From: Bacteroidales bacterium
Lineage (GTDB): Bacteria > Bacteroidota > Bacteroidia > Bacteroidales > WCHB1-69
Direction of reading: 5' to 3'
Assembly: GCA_045116675.1 (NCBI GenBank)
Contig: JBGUMF010000048.1
Coordinates: forward strand, 3,751 to 67,750
Length of the DNA stretch: 64,000 nucleotides
Shown: positions 51,706-62,195 of the stretch, piece by piece
Numbering within the stretch: the stretch's first letter is position 1
Layout: each line of letters starts with the position of its first letter
The notes under the pieces: generated by a model
The model's input: the letters and a program-made list of their open reading frames with translations, nothing else
The model's database searches: none
Told to the model about the DNA's origin: nothing
Translations under genes and position numbers: made by a program

Positions 51706-51713
51706 TATATTTG
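51706..51713 (+). promoter_or_regulatory. -7 box
   Basis: TATATTTG, 63 nt upstream of the ATG at 51776. Confidence 0.45.
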
Positions 51714-51775
51714 CAACCTTGAAATTTTTATGTCGAAATTTATATAAATTATTAAAAATCAAATAAATAAAAGAG

Positions 51776-54700
51776 ATGAAAAACAAAGGACTTGTATTAT
51801 TCTTTACGATTCTCCTTGCGCTTGTTTGTTTGTACTGTCTGTCTTTCTCCTTCGTCACGTGGCGTGTGGAGAAGAAGGCTGACGCGTATGCACACAACGA
51901 GGCCGCCATTGCAGAGGTGAAGAAGGCAGCGAACGGTGATTTGATGTTGGAGAAGCATCTGATTGACTCTTTGATTGATGCACGGAAGCTTCAGTATCTG
52001 ACCAACATGAACGATTCCACCGTGTTCTTGGGAAACACTTACAAGAAGTGTAAGTACAAAGAGTTGAACTTGGGTTTGGACTTGAAGGGCGGTATGAACG
52101 TTACCCTCGAAATCTCCATGCCGGATGTGGTGCAAAGCTTGGCCGTCAACAAGGACGACGAGCTGTTCAAGACGGCTTTCGAGCAGGCTGAGAAACAGTT
52201 CGCCAACACGACGAACGGCGACTTTATCGATATCTTCGTGGACAATTTCAACAAGCAGAAGAGTGCGCTGAAGTTGAACAATGCGAACCTGCGCACCTAC
52301 TTCGGCGAGCGTTCCGGCATCAAGAATGCCTCTGACGCCCAGATCATTTCCTGGTTGAAGAAGGAATCCGGCGAGATTGCGGACCGTACGTTCAAGATCC
52401 TCCGCACCCGTATCGACCGTTTCGGCGTGGCCCAGCCCAACCTGCAGTTGCTCCAGGGCGGACGTATCCTCGTGGAGCTTCCCGGCGTGAAGGAGCCTGA
52501 GCGTGTCACCGACCTGTTGAAGAGCACCGCCAAGCTGGAGTTCTGGGAGGTCTATAACGACATCGTGGGCGGACGCTCCATCCAGCAGCGCTTCTTCGAG
52601 GCGGATGCCAAACTGGCAGAACAGCTGAAGAACCAGAAAGAGAACCCCACAGAGACTGTTGCCCAGGATTCCGTTGCCGACGCACTGGGTCTGGCAGATG
52701 CCGAGGTGGAAGAGGATGAGGACGAAATCGAAGACATTGATGTCACCACGGGTGCCATCATGAGCAAGGCGGTTGCCGTTCCCGGCAGCTTCGTCATCGG
52801 CTACTTCAAAGAGGCCGACATGCCCGCCATCAACAGCATGCTCCCGCAGCTGCAGCGCATCCTTGGCGACAACAGCGTCGTCTTTTACTGGGGTGCCCCC
52901 GAGAAGGAATACAACAACGCATTCCCGCTCTATCCGTTGAAGAAGAAAAACGACCGTATCGGACCGCTCTTGAGCTCCGAGACCATCGGCGGCGCACGCG
53001 TGGTGCGCACGGCCCGTCAGGATGTCGATCAGAATAACCGCGTGGTTGTCAACATGTCCATGGAAGACCAGGCCGCCGACGTGTGGCGTAAGATCACCAA
53101 GGAGGCTGCCGACAACAGCGCCTCCAAGCTGACGGCCATCGCCATCGTGCTTGACGAATTCGTCTATTCCGCTCCTACGGTGCGTTCCGAGATTCCCAAC
53201 GGTAACTCCGAGATCTCCGGCCATTTCACCGTGGATGAGGCCAAGGACCTCGCCACCGTGCTGAACTCCGGTAACCTGGAAGCCCGCGTCAATGTGGTGC
53301 AATCCGAAATCGTGGGTCCCACCCTTGGTAAGGAATCCATCCGTTCCGGTTTGCTCTCCTTCCTCGCCGCTTTCATCCTGGTGGTCATCTACATGTTCCT
53401 GTACTACAGCCGCGCCGGTCTCGTTGCCGACCTGGCTCTGTTCTCCAACGTGTTCTTCATCGTGGGCGTGCTCGCCTCCATGGGTGCTGTGCTCACCCTG
53501 CCGGGTATCGCCGGTATCGTGTTGACCTTGGGTATGGCCGTTGACGCCAACGTGATTATCTACGAGCGTGTGCGTGAGGAAGTGCGTGCCGGCAAGGGTA
53601 TCCGTGTCGCGGTGGACGAAGGTTTCAAACACTCCTACTCCGCTATCATCGACGGTAACGTGACCACCCTTATCACCGCTATCGTCCTTTACATCTTCGG
53701 TTCCGGTCCCATCCAGGGTTTCGCCACCACGTTGATCATCGGTATCCTCTCCTCACTGTTCACCGCCATCTTGCTGTCCCGTCTTGTCATTGAGGCTCGT
53801 CTGAAGAAAGGCAAAACCCTTGAGGTGGGTAACCGCGTGACATTGAACGCTTTCACCAACACCAATATTGATTTCCTCAGCAAGAGAAAGATATTCTACA
53901 CTATCTCTCTGGTTCTGATTGCCATTTCCACGATTTCCTTCTTCACCCTGAAGTTGCAACCCGGTATCGATTTCACCGGTGGCCGTTGCTATGTGGTGCG
54001 TTTCGACAAGGATGTCACCACCAAGGATGTGCGTGCGGCTGTGATTAAGGAGTTCGGCGGCAATCCGGAAGTCAAGACCTTCGGTGCCAACGACCAGATC
54101 CGTATCATCACCAACTTCAGAATCGAAAGCAACAACCAGGCGGATGACCAGCTCTGCGAGAAGAAACTCTACAACTGCTTGAAGGGCTTCTACGCTAAGC
54201 AGGATCTCACCGAATATGACTTCACGCACCTGACCAACGATGTGCGTGGTATCCAGTCTTCCCAGAAGATCCAGCCCACCATCGCCAAGGAATTGTTGAT
54301 GAAGGCTGTTTGGGCTGTCTTGGTTTCTTTGGTGTTGATATTCATCTACATCGCCTTGCGTTTCCGCAACTGGCAGTTCGGTGTGGCGGGTGTGTGCGCT
54401 CTGTTCCACGATACCTTCCTGACGGTGGGTATGTTCTCCCTCCTCTACAAGGTGATGCCGTTCTCCATGGAAATTGACCAGAACTTCATCGCCGCCATCC
54501 TGACGGTGATCGGTTACTCCATCAACAACAACGTGGTGATTTTCGACCGTGTTCGTGAGAACCTGGCCCTCTATCCGAAGCGTACCAACTACGAGAACTT
54601 CAACAACGCCATCAACCAGACGCTCGGCCGTAACATCAACACCGCCGGCACCACGTTGGTGACGCTGCTCGTGATCTTCCTGTTTGGTGGCGAGGTGATC

Positions 54701-54838
54701 CGCGGTTTCGTGTTCGCCATGTTCGTGGGTATCCTCATCGGTACTTACTCCGGTATCCTCGTTTCCAACCCGTTCGCCTTCGACCTCTTCAGATTGTCTG
54801 GCGACAAGGTGAAACGCGCCAAAACCACTGTTGCATAA
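51776..54838 (+). CDS. secDF: protein translocase subunit SecDF (fused)
   Basis: 1020 aa with two 6-TM blocks (the SecD then SecF pattern) and the large periplasmic domain typical of the Bacteroidota fusion. Confidence 0.95.
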   Translation: MKNKGLVLFFTILLALVCLYCLSFSFVTWRVEKKADAYAHNEAAIAEVKKAANGDLMLEKHLIDSLIDARKLQYLTNMNDSTVFLGNTYKKCKYKELNLGLDLKGGMNVTLEISMPDVVQSLAVNKDDELFKTAFEQAEKQFANTTNGDFIDIFVDNFNKQKSALKLNNANLRTYFGERSGIKNASDAQIISWLKKESGEIADRTFKILRTRIDRFGVAQPNLQLLQGGRILVELPGVKEPERVTDLLKSTAKLEFWEVYNDIVGGRSIQQRFFEADAKLAEQLKNQKENPTETVAQDSVADALGLADAEVEEDEDEIEDIDVTTGAIMSKAVAVPGSFVIGYFKEADMPAINSMLPQLQRILGDNSVVFYWGAPEKEYNNAFPLYPLKKKNDRIGPLLSSETIGGARVVRTARQDVDQNNRVVVNMSMEDQAADVWRKITKEAADNSASKLTAIAIVLDEFVYSAPTVRSEIPNGNSEISGHFTVDEAKDLATVLNSGNLEARVNVVQSEIVGPTLGKESIRSGLLSFLAAFILVVIYMFLYYSRAGLVADLALFSNVFFIVGVLASMGAVLTLPGIAGIVLTLGMAVDANVIIYERVREEVRAGKGIRVAVDEGFKHSYSAIIDGNVTTLITAIVLYIFGSGPIQGFATTLIIGILSSLFTAILLSRLVIEARLKKGKTLEVGNRVTLNAFTNTNIDFLSKRKIFYTISLVLIAISTISFFTLKLQPGIDFTGGRCYVVRFDKDVTTKDVRAAVIKEFGGNPEVKTFGANDQIRIITNFRIESNNQADDQLCEKKLYNCLKGFYAKQDLTEYDFTHLTNDVRGIQSSQKIQPTIAKELLMKAVWAVLVSLVLIFIYIALRFRNWQFGVAGVCALFHDTFLTVGMFSLLYKVMPFSMEIDQNFIAAILTVIGYSINNNVVIFDRVRENLALYPKRTNYENFNNAINQTLGRNINTAGTTLVTLLVIFLFGGEVIRGFVFAMFVGILIGTYSGILVSNPFAFDLFRLSGDKVKRAKTTVA

Positions 54839-54875
54839 TAACAGGTCGTTATACGACGATTTTTATAAAAAATAA

Positions 54876-54908
54876 TTCGGGATGGTGTTAAAACTATCCC
54901 GAATTTTT
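54876..54908 (+). terminator. Rho-independent terminator of secDF
   Basis: ttcgggat-N12-atcccgaa followed by ttttt. Confidence 0.6.
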
Positions 54909-54953
54909 ATTATTTTAGCGGCCCAATTATTATAAGGTAAAAAATCATTAAAA

Positions 54954-57479
54954 ATGAAACTATACAAACTGTCTCTGTTTCTTTTATCTATTTTAATAAC
55001 AGTTACTTGCACCGTATCAGCACAGGGTCCTGTGTTGCGTGATGCCGACAACCTGTTTCGGGACTGCCAGTATGAAAAATCCTTGGAACAATATAAAAAA
55101 GGTATAAAGAAGCTGCAGGGCAACCGCGTGGAGATCCAGCGCGCCACTTTCCAGATAGCCGAATGTTACCGTATCATGGGCGATTTGAAGAAGGCTGAAC
55201 AGCAGTATCTCCGTTTGGAAAAGAAGAACTACCAGAAGGACAACCCCATTATCCTCTTTCATCTTGGCAGCATCTACAATCTTCGTGGGGAATATGACCA
55301 GGCATTGAAGTATTACAACAGCTTCAAGAAGCGTGCTCCCGAGGATTCGCGTGCAGATGCCCGCATTGAGGGCTGTAACAACGCTAAGATGTGGACGGAG
55401 AACCCCACCCGCTACGAGGTGGAGAACCTCAAGAAATTCAACACCCGTGAGGATGAATGGGCACCGCGCTGGGGTAATGATGAGAAGCGCAACTCCATCA
55501 TCTTCACCTCCAACCGTGAAGGTTCCAAGGGCAAAGGCACCGACCAATGGACGGGTGTCAACTTTTCCGACATTTATGTGACCAACAAGCCGAAAAGCAA
55601 GAATACCGACTGGCCGGGTGAGTGGTCTCCGGTGACGACCTTGGACGAGGGTGAGACGCTGAACACGGGCGTGAACGAGGGCGAGGCCTCCTCCAACCGC
55701 AAGGGAACGGTCTATTATTTCACCAAGTGTCCGCAAGATAAGAAGAAAGTGCAAGGTTGCTATATCTACAAGTCGATGAAGAAGGGCAAAGCCTGGGGCG
55801 AAGCCGAACTGGTATATATGGGAGACTCCGCTTATAATTATGTGCATCCTTTCATCTCCGGCGATGAGCTGACGATCTATTTCGCCTCCAACCGTCCGGG
55901 TGGACAGGGTGGCTATGACATCTGGATGGCCACTCGCGCCAAGAAATCGGCCAAGTTCTCCAACATCACCAATCTCGGTCCCAATGTGAACACGGCCGGA
56001 CAGGAGGTGTTTCCGAGCCTGCGCAACGACCAGGAACTCTATTTCTCATCGGACGGCTGGCCCGGTATGGGTGGCCTTGACCTGTTCGTCTCACACAACA
56101 AGGGTGGCACATGGCAGAAGGCTGAGAACCTGATGGTGCCTATCAATTCCTGTGGCGATGACCTTGGCATTATCTTCGATGAAAATGAGGCTATTGACCC
56201 CAAGTCCAAATCACCCTATCTGGCCAAGGGTTATTTCTCCTCCAACCGTGCAGGCGGACGTGGCGGCGACGACATCTACTACTTCCTTCTTCGCCCGCTG
56301 GTCTATACGATCTCAGGTTATGTGCGTGACAAGAACAACGGTCAGTACATGGATGGTGTGGAAGTGGAGATCGAAGGCTCGGATGGTACCAGCTACAAGA
56401 CCACCACGGATGTGAAGGGTTATTATCATTTCGACAAAACGAAGATCCTTGGATCCACTACGTATAATTTGAAGGTGAAGAAGACCGGCTATTGGGAGAA
56501 CGGTAATACCGCCCAGCAGACGACTGTCGGTTTGACGGAAAACACCGACCTCAAACAGGATTTCTCGCTGGAGCCTATCCCGAAGGAGCCGATCCTGCTG
56601 CCGGAGATTTTGTATGATCTGGCCAAGTGGGACCTCAAACCTCAGTATAAGGACTCTTTGATGTACCTATATAATATTATGGTAAAGAATCCGACGATTG
56701 TCATCGAGTTGCGTTCTCACACCGACTCGCGTGACACGGAGGAGAAGAACGACATTCTGTCCCAGAACCGTGCCCAATCCTGCGTCGACTTCCTCGTGAA
56801 TGAGATGGGCATCGCCGCCGACCGTATTGTGGCCAAGGGTTATGGTGAGCGTGTTCCCAGAAAGCTGGAGAAGGACATGTACTCCACCTATAACGGGAAG
56901 AAGTATTTCTTCGCCAAGGGAACGGTGCTGACGGAGGCTTACTGCGAATCCTTCCCCACGAAGAACGAGAAGGAGGCTGCCCACCAGCTCAACCGTCGTA
57001 CGGAGTTCATCATCCTGCGTGACGACTATGTGCCGAGCAGCGATAACATTGACAGCGTGCGTCGTGGTGGTGGTATCGCCTTGGTGCAGGAACGTACGGT
57101 GCCCGTAACCATTGTCGGTGACGATGTGAAGGGTACCTGTTTCGCCAACAGCAAGTCGATGGATTTCGTGATAGGGAACAAGAGCGACGAAATCTTCATG
57201 AACTATGCGGATGCCACCCGTTTCCTGAAAGAGTCCATCATCAACTTGGATGATTTCGAGGAGAAAGCCGCCGCCATCAAGCAGGAGGACGGTAGTATTA
57301 TTGACGGTGTGGTGCTCTATCTGCAGGAGATCCGTGTGGGTGATGACTATGCCGAGAATGTGAAGGTGACGGTGAAGAAGAACCTGCCTGCCGCCTTTGT
57401 GATTGGTGATGGCTTCATCCAGGGCGAATGGGGCAACTTCACCATCGACAAATCGCGCAGCCTCTTGATTTACCGATAG
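54954..57479 (+). CDS. OmpA-family protein with TPR, TolB-like beta-propeller and CarboxypepD_reg-like domains
   Basis: Signal peptide, TPR-like N-terminus, repeated FTSNR/FASNR/FSSNR propeller blades, and an OmpA_C core IELRSHTDSRD...NRRTEF. A further unassigned 140 aa follows at the C-terminus. Confidence 0.8.
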   Translation: MKLYKLSLFLLSILITVTCTVSAQGPVLRDADNLFRDCQYEKSLEQYKKGIKKLQGNRVEIQRATFQIAECYRIMGDLKKAEQQYLRLEKKNYQKDNPIILFHLGSIYNLRGEYDQALKYYNSFKKRAPEDSRADARIEGCNNAKMWTENPTRYEVENLKKFNTREDEWAPRWGNDEKRNSIIFTSNREGSKGKGTDQWTGVNFSDIYVTNKPKSKNTDWPGEWSPVTTLDEGETLNTGVNEGEASSNRKGTVYYFTKCPQDKKKVQGCYIYKSMKKGKAWGEAELVYMGDSAYNYVHPFISGDELTIYFASNRPGGQGGYDIWMATRAKKSAKFSNITNLGPNVNTAGQEVFPSLRNDQELYFSSDGWPGMGGLDLFVSHNKGGTWQKAENLMVPINSCGDDLGIIFDENEAIDPKSKSPYLAKGYFSSNRAGGRGGDDIYYFLLRPLVYTISGYVRDKNNGQYMDGVEVEIEGSDGTSYKTTTDVKGYYHFDKTKILGSTTYNLKVKKTGYWENGNTAQQTTVGLTENTDLKQDFSLEPIPKEPILLPEILYDLAKWDLKPQYKDSLMYLYNIMVKNPTIVIELRSHTDSRDTEEKNDILSQNRAQSCVDFLVNEMGIAADRIVAKGYGERVPRKLEKDMYSTYNGKKYFFAKGTVLTEAYCESFPTKNEKEAAHQLNRRTEFIILRDDYVPSSDNIDSVRRGGGIALVQERTVPVTIVGDDVKGTCFANSKSMDFVIGNKSDEIFMNYADATRFLKESIINLDDFEEKAAAIKQEDGSIIDGVVLYLQEIRVGDDYAENVKVTVKKNLPAAFVIGDGFIQGEWGNFTIDKSRSLLIYR

Positions 57480-57496
57480 GAATCGGATAGACGATA

Positions 57497-57528
57497 ACAA
57501 AAAAGGATGGCAATTGCCATCCTTTTTT
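57497..57528. terminator. bidirectional terminator
   Basis: aaaaaaaa-ggatggcaattgccatcc-tttttt, between the convergent OmpA-family and lptB genes. Confidence 0.7.
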
Positions 57529-57546
57529 GTTTGGGCTTGTGAGGGC

Positions 57547-58278
57547 TTATTTCCGCAACTCGAAATTGGAACCTAAATAGACCTTCTTGACCATCGGGTC
57601 GCTGGCCAGCTCCTCCGCAGTGCCCGACTTGAGCACCCGTCCCTCGTACAACAGGTAGGCACGGTCGGTGATGGAGAGCGTCTCATGGACGTTGTGGTCG
57701 GTGATGACGATGCCGATGTTCTTGTCCTTCAGCTTGGCCACGATGTTCTGGATGTCCTCCACAGCGATGGGGTCCACGCCGGCGAAGGGCTCGTCCAAGA
57801 GGATGAATTTGGGGTCGGAGGCCAGGCAGCGGGCGATCTCCACACGACGGCGCTCGCCACCGGAGAGGTTGTTGCCCTTGTTCTTCCGCACCTTCTGGAT
57901 ATTGAACTCGGAGATGAGGCTCTCCAGCTTGTCCTTCTGCTCCTCTTTGCTCTTGCCGCTGAACTCCAGTATGGCCTTGATGTTGTCCTCTACGGTCAGC
58001 TGGCGAAACACGGAAGCCTCCTGCGGCAGGTAGGCGAGGCCCAGCTGCGCGCGGCGGTACATGGGCAGGTCGGTGATCTCCTGGTCGTTCAGGAAGATTC
58101 GGCCCGAATAGGGCTTGATGAGCCCCACAATCATGTAGAAGGAGGTGGTCTTGCCGGCACCGTTCGGGCCGAGCAGCCCCACAATCTCCCCTTGGGTGAA
58201 CTCGATGGAGACTTCGTTCACTACCGTCCTGTTCTTGTATTTCTTGACTAATTTTTCCGTTCGGATATGGTATTCCAT
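57547..58278 (-). CDS. lptB: LPS export ABC transporter ATP-binding protein LptB
   Basis: [22 protein letters not shown] and [12 protein letters not shown], with the LptB-type length and C-terminus. Confidence 0.9.
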   Translation of the reverse strand: MEYHIRTEKLVKKYKNRTVVNEVSIEFTQGEIVGLLGPNGAGKTTSFYMIVGLIKPYSGRIFLNDQEITDLPMYRRAQLGLAYLPQEASVFRQLTVEDNIKAILEFSGKSKEEQKDKLESLISEFNIQKVRKNKGNNLSGGERRRVEIARCLASDPKFILLDEPFAGVDPIAVEDIQNIVAKLKDKNIGIVITDHNVHETLSITDRAYLLYEGRVLKSGTAEELASDPMVKKVYLGSNFELRK

Positions 58279-58279
58279 G

Positions 58280-58684
58280 TTAGCTCCTTTCTATAACCTC
58301 TTTTAGTTTGCCCATGACAGTGCCCATCATCTGCTCCATCGGACCTTTGAGCATGGCCTGGATCCAGAAGGGCATGTCGGCCTCCGCCTCCACCTGCAAG
58401 GTGCTCTCCGTACCCATGCTTTCAATCCGGAAATGCACATTGGCCGATACGCTCTTGTCGGTGTCCAAATGATAGATGACATATTGGTAAGGAACCGCAT
58501 CGGTCAGGCGCATGTTGCAGGTAATCATGTTCTTGATGGTGAAGGAACACCCCTGTTCGTCGGCGTGCCAGTCGGTGATGTCGGGGATGGGGGGAGCCTG
58601 CGTGGTCTGGATCAGATGGCAGAGGAAATCGTAGGTCTTCGTCGCACTGGCGGCAATGGTCTCCGTGTTGCTTGTCAGCTTCAT
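58280..58684 (-). CDS. SRPBCC-like small protein (unknown function)
   Basis: 134 aa. The beta-rich then C-terminal-helix pattern is my reading only. Start set at MKLTSN, downstream of the -7 box. Confidence 0.45.
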   Translation of the reverse strand: MKLTSNTETIAASATKTYDFLCHLIQTTQAPPIPDITDWHADEQGCSFTIKNMITCNMRLTDAVPYQYVIYHLDTDKSVSANVHFRIESMGTESTLQVEAEADMPFWIQAMLKGPMEQMMGTVMGKLKEVIERS

Positions 58685-58708
58685 AGATTTTATCTTAAAA
58701 AAGTTGTG

Positions 58709-58716
58709 CAAAGATA
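58709..58716 (-). promoter_or_regulatory. -7 box
   Basis: Reverse strand TATCTTTG, 25 nt upstream of the start at 58684. Confidence 0.45.
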
Positions 58717-58728
58717 TGCTTTTTTTTG

Positions 58729-58736
58729 TACTTTTG
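58729..58736 (+). promoter_or_regulatory. -7 box (divergent partner)
   Basis: TACTTTTG, 38 nt upstream of the ATG at 58774. Confidence 0.45.
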
Positions 58737-58773
58737 CGGTGGAAAAAATAGTATTAACCAAAATCGCATTATT

Positions 58774-59208
58774 ATGAAAAAGTTTTTACAAGAGTTCAAG
58801 GACTTCGCCATGAAGGGAAATGTCATGGATATGGCGATTGGTGTCATCATCGGCGGCGCTTTCGGTAAAATCGTCACCTCTCTGGTGAACGACCTCCTCA
58901 TGCCCCTGGTCGGCGCTTTGATCGGCAATGTGGACTTCACAACCCTGTCCGCCACGCTGCGTGCCCCGAAATTGGGCGAGGGCGGCGAGATCGTCAAAGA
59001 GGCCGTCACGCTGAATTATGGTAATTTCATCCAGACGACGGTGGACTTCCTCATCGTGGCACTCTGTATCTTCGGTGTCATCAAGCTCATCAACAAGGCT
59101 ACATCTTTGGCCAAGAAGAAAGAGGAAGAGGCTCCCGCACCCGCTCCCGAACCGACCAAGGAGGAAGTGTTGCTAACCGAAATCCGCGACATCTTGAAAC
59201 AAAAATAA
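58774..59208 (+). CDS. mscL: large-conductance mechanosensitive channel MscL
   Basis: [44 protein letters not shown] is the canonical MscL N-terminus. Confidence 0.9.
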   Translation: MKKFLQEFKDFAMKGNVMDMAIGVIIGGAFGKIVTSLVNDLLMPLVGALIGNVDFTTLSATLRAPKLGEGGEIVKEAVTLNYGNFIQTTVDFLIVALCIFGVIKLINKATSLAKKKEEEAPAPAPEPTKEEVLLTEIRDILKQK

Positions 59209-59229
59209 AAACCTTTTCTGACAATAGGA

Positions 59230-59258
59230 GAGGGGACCGCAGGGTTCCCTCTTTTTTT
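59230..59258 (+). terminator. Rho-independent terminator of mscL
   Basis: 9-bp stem gaggggacc/ggttccctc with loop gcag, followed by T7. Confidence 0.75.
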
Positions 59259-59289
59259 GTGCGATAGATGTTGATCTACGAGGGCGATT

Positions 59290-59500
59290 TAATGGTGGGG
59301 TAGTAAAGAGATTGAACAATAAATCATCGCCTCGGAGAGGCACAACGCACTCAGTGCAATTAACTCCACACAAGCCGTCAGGCGCAGTGTGGGGTGGTGG
59401 TGTGCGTGTACGACCACTCGCGGCGCGTGACTGGTCTGTGCCGAAGAAGTGTACCTTCTCGCCGCGAAAGTCACACACTATCAATATGTGAAAATGATGA
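59290..59500. ncRNA. candidate structured RNA of unknown class (or a decayed gene remnant)
   Basis: GC-rich block in an otherwise AT-rich spacer. Several nested helices can be drawn: cgagggcgat/atcgcctcg, ctccacac/gtgtgggg, cgcggcg/cgccgcg and cgaagaag/cttctcg. No credible ORF. The strand is unresolved. Confidence 0.3.
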
Positions 59501-59527
59501 GATTGCAAGACTAAACGAGAAAAACAG

Positions 59528-59535
59528 TATCTTTG
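59528..59535 (+). promoter_or_regulatory. -7 box
   Basis: TATCTTTG, 93 nt upstream of the ATG at 59628. Confidence 0.4.
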
Positions 59536-59627
59536 CCGCACAAATATAAAAAACATAAATAAATAATGTGCAGAGTATGAGAGATTAGAGGTGACAGAGC
59601 AATGATTTAAGAATAAAAACAGAAATT

Positions 59628-60803
59628 ATGATATTTTCAAAAGTACACATCATTGACGACACATTGGACACGCTTGCCAATCTGGTCGTGGAGAACGGCC
59701 TGATACAGCGGATTGACATCCTGGACGGCACACCGGACCCGTCGCTGCCGGTATATCTGCCCGCCTTTACGGACTTGCACGCGCATTTCCGCGATCCGGG
59801 TCTCACCTATAAGGAGGATGTGGAGTCGGGCAGCCGGGCGGCCGTGCGCGGCGGCTACACGGCCGTGAACCTCATGCCCAACACCCTGCCGGTGGTCAGC
59901 AGCGTGGCGCAGGCCCGTGACGTGGAAGACCGCATCGCGAAACTGGATCTGATACAGGCCAATCAGGTGGTGAGCATGACACTGAACGAACAGGGCCAGG
60001 ACTGCTCCCATCTGCGCAATATTCCCGCGGGCACCATCCCATTCGTCTCCGACGATGGCAAGGGCGTGAACCGCGACGATGTGATGGAGGAGATATTCAA
60101 CATCTGCAAGGAGAAAGACTTCCTCATCATGGCGCATGAGGAGGATGCCCGTTACAGTCCGCAGGATTTGCGCATGGCCGAGAACGCCATGACATTCCGC
60201 GACTTGGCCCTTTGCGAGAAGACGGACGGCAGCATCCACTTCTGCCATGTCAGCACGATAGAGGCCATCACGGCCATTGCCGAGGCCAAGGCGAAAGGCT
60301 TGCGCGTGTCGTGCGAGGTGTGCCCGCATCATATCTATTTCAATGCGGAGCAGGCCAACTACTATCGTGTGGCGCCGCCGTTCCGCAACGACGAAGACAT
60401 CACCGCCCTCATCCGGGGGATGCAGGACGGCACGGTGGATGCCATCAGCACCGACCACGCGCCGCACACGCCCGAAGACAAGGCCAACGGGGCCAACGGC
60501 ATCTCTGGCATTGAGACGGCTTTTGCGCTCTGTTATACGAAGTTGGTGCGCGGCGGCTTCCTCACTATCAACCAGTTGGTGAAGCTGATGTCCACCACGC
60601 CATCGGCCATGATGCGCGTCCCCAAGGGAAGTTTCAAGGTGGGTATGCGGGCTGATTTCGTGAAGGTGGATTTGAACACTCCGTATGTGATCCGTTCGGA
60701 GGAGTTCGCCTCGCGCGGAAAGAACACGCCTTTCGAAGGTCAGCAAGTGTATGGACGCGTGCTCGAGACCGTCAAGGCGGGCAAAACGGTTTATAAGGCA
60801 TAA
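59628..60803 (+). CDS. pyrC: dihydroorotase (amidohydrolase superfamily)
   Basis: DLHAHFRDPG metal-binding motif, HVST, and a late DHAPH motif. Confidence 0.85.
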   Translation: MIFSKVHIIDDTLDTLANLVVENGLIQRIDILDGTPDPSLPVYLPAFTDLHAHFRDPGLTYKEDVESGSRAAVRGGYTAVNLMPNTLPVVSSVAQARDVEDRIAKLDLIQANQVVSMTLNEQGQDCSHLRNIPAGTIPFVSDDGKGVNRDDVMEEIFNICKEKDFLIMAHEEDARYSPQDLRMAENAMTFRDLALCEKTDGSIHFCHVSTIEAITAIAEAKAKGLRVSCEVCPHHIYFNAEQANYYRVAPPFRNDEDITALIRGMQDGTVDAISTDHAPHTPEDKANGANGISGIETAFALCYTKLVRGGFLTINQLVKLMSTTPSAMMRVPKGSFKVGMRADFVKVDLNTPYVIRSEEFASRGKNTPFEGQQVYGRVLETVKAGKTVYKA

Positions 60804-60805
60804 CG

Positions 60806-62194
60806 ATGGAAACCAAGCGGGAGACATTTCAGGATTATCCGGTATATTCGTTGTCGGAGATTGCGTTCAGCCTGCACAAGGTGGTGGAGCGCACCTATCC
60901 GCAACCCTATTATATCAAGGCGGAGATCTTGAAGCTCAATTATTATCCTCACAGTGGGCATTGTTATCCCGAACTGGTTGAAAAAGAGGGGAATACTATC
61001 AAGGCGGAGATGCGGGCTGTGATCTGGGCCTCCCACTATCAGCGCATCAACGAGCGTTTTATTCAGATTACGGGCAATCCCTTGAAGGAGAATATCCGCA
61101 TCCTTTGTCTGGCCAATATCGAGTTCAGTCCGAAGCACGGCTTGGCGCTTCATATTCAGGATATTGAGCCGAGCTACACGTTGGGCGAGATGGTGAAAAA
61201 CCGCAACGCCGTCATCGAGCGTTTGAAGAAGGAGGGAGTGTTCACGGCCAACAAGCGTTTGGAGATGCCGTTGCTGCCCAAGCGCATCGCTGTGATTTCG
61301 GTGGAGACCAGCAAGGGTTTCAGCGATTTCATGACCACGCTGAACGGAAACCGTTACGGCTATCGTTTTGAGACGGAGCTCTTCCCGTCCATCTTGCAGG
61401 GCGACAAGGCTATCGTGGGCATCACGGGTCGCCTGGCGGAGATTGAGATGCGGCGGCAGGATTTCGACTGTGTGGTGATTGTGCGCGGCGGCGGAGGCGA
61501 TGTGGGCCTCAGCTGTTACGACGAGTACGAGATGGCGCGTTGCGTGGCCACGTTTCCATTGCCGGTGCTTACGGGCATCGGGCACTCCACCAACCTCAGT
61601 GTCACCGACATGGTGGCGCACACCTACAACATCACGCCCACGGACGTGGCCTTTGCACTCATTGGCTATTTTCAGTCGTTTGACGAACAGGTGCAGGAGT
61701 GTCAGAAACGTTTGGTGGAGGTGGCAAAAGTCCTGCTCGCCGATGAGCAGGTGAAGTTGGTGGAGCTGGATGCACGGCGCAAAATCGCCGTCCCGAAGGT
61801 GATCAGTCAAAGCCGCAATCGGCTTATCCAGTTGTCGCAGGACATTGCCTTGAAATCGAAGGGTTTGTTGATGTTTCAGCGAACCCTTCTCCAAAATGCG
61901 AGTGCTGGCATGGAGCGTCTGTGTCAGGCGCGTATGTCGGGCGAGCGCAAGGAGTTGGAGCGTTTGTCCGAAAGTCTGAAGACGTTGGGGCCGCTTTGTC
62001 TGTCACGGCAAAACGAACGGGTTGGCAATCTGGAAGATAAGATTCAATTGCTGCATCCCGACAACATTCTCCGGCGTGGTTTCAGCATCACGCGGCACAA
62101 CGGCAAGGCGGTCACTGAAGCCTCACAGCTGACATCTGGCGACGAGATTGTCACGCAGGTGTACGCAGGCGAGGTGAAGAGTAGGGTGGAGTGA
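60806..62194 (+). CDS. xseA: exodeoxyribonuclease VII large subunit
   Basis: N-terminal OB fold (YSLSEIAFSLHKVVE...YIKAEI...HCYPELVE), catalytic core IAVISVETSKGFSDF...RGGGG, and a coiled-coil tail. Confidence 0.9.
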   Translation: METKRETFQDYPVYSLSEIAFSLHKVVERTYPQPYYIKAEILKLNYYPHSGHCYPELVEKEGNTIKAEMRAVIWASHYQRINERFIQITGNPLKENIRILCLANIEFSPKHGLALHIQDIEPSYTLGEMVKNRNAVIERLKKEGVFTANKRLEMPLLPKRIAVISVETSKGFSDFMTTLNGNRYGYRFETELFPSILQGDKAIVGITGRLAEIEMRRQDFDCVVIVRGGGGDVGLSCYDEYEMARCVATFPLPVLTGIGHSTNLSVTDMVAHTYNITPTDVAFALIGYFQSFDEQVQECQKRLVEVAKVLLADEQVKLVELDARRKIAVPKVISQSRNRLIQLSQDIALKSKGLLMFQRTLLQNASAGMERLCQARMSGERKELERLSESLKTLGPLCLSRQNERVGNLEDKIQLLHPDNILRRGFSITRHNGKAVTEASQLTSGDEIVTQVYAGEVKSRVE

Positions 62195-62195
62195 T

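Noticed and set aside
51797-53632. 611-aa minus-strand ORF opposite secDF.
   Set aside because: Antisense shadow of a highly conserved gene.
59173-59556. 127-aa minus-strand ORF, and a 61-aa ORF, in the mscL-pyrC spacer.
   Set aside because: The 127-aa ORF overlaps the mscL 3' end and terminator, and its sequence is Arg/Pro-rich and not protein-like. The region is better explained as structured non-coding DNA or RNA.
59637-61894. 396-aa and 367-aa minus-strand ORFs opposite pyrC and xseA.
   Set aside because: Antisense shadows. The plus-strand products have clear dihydroorotase and exonuclease VII motifs.
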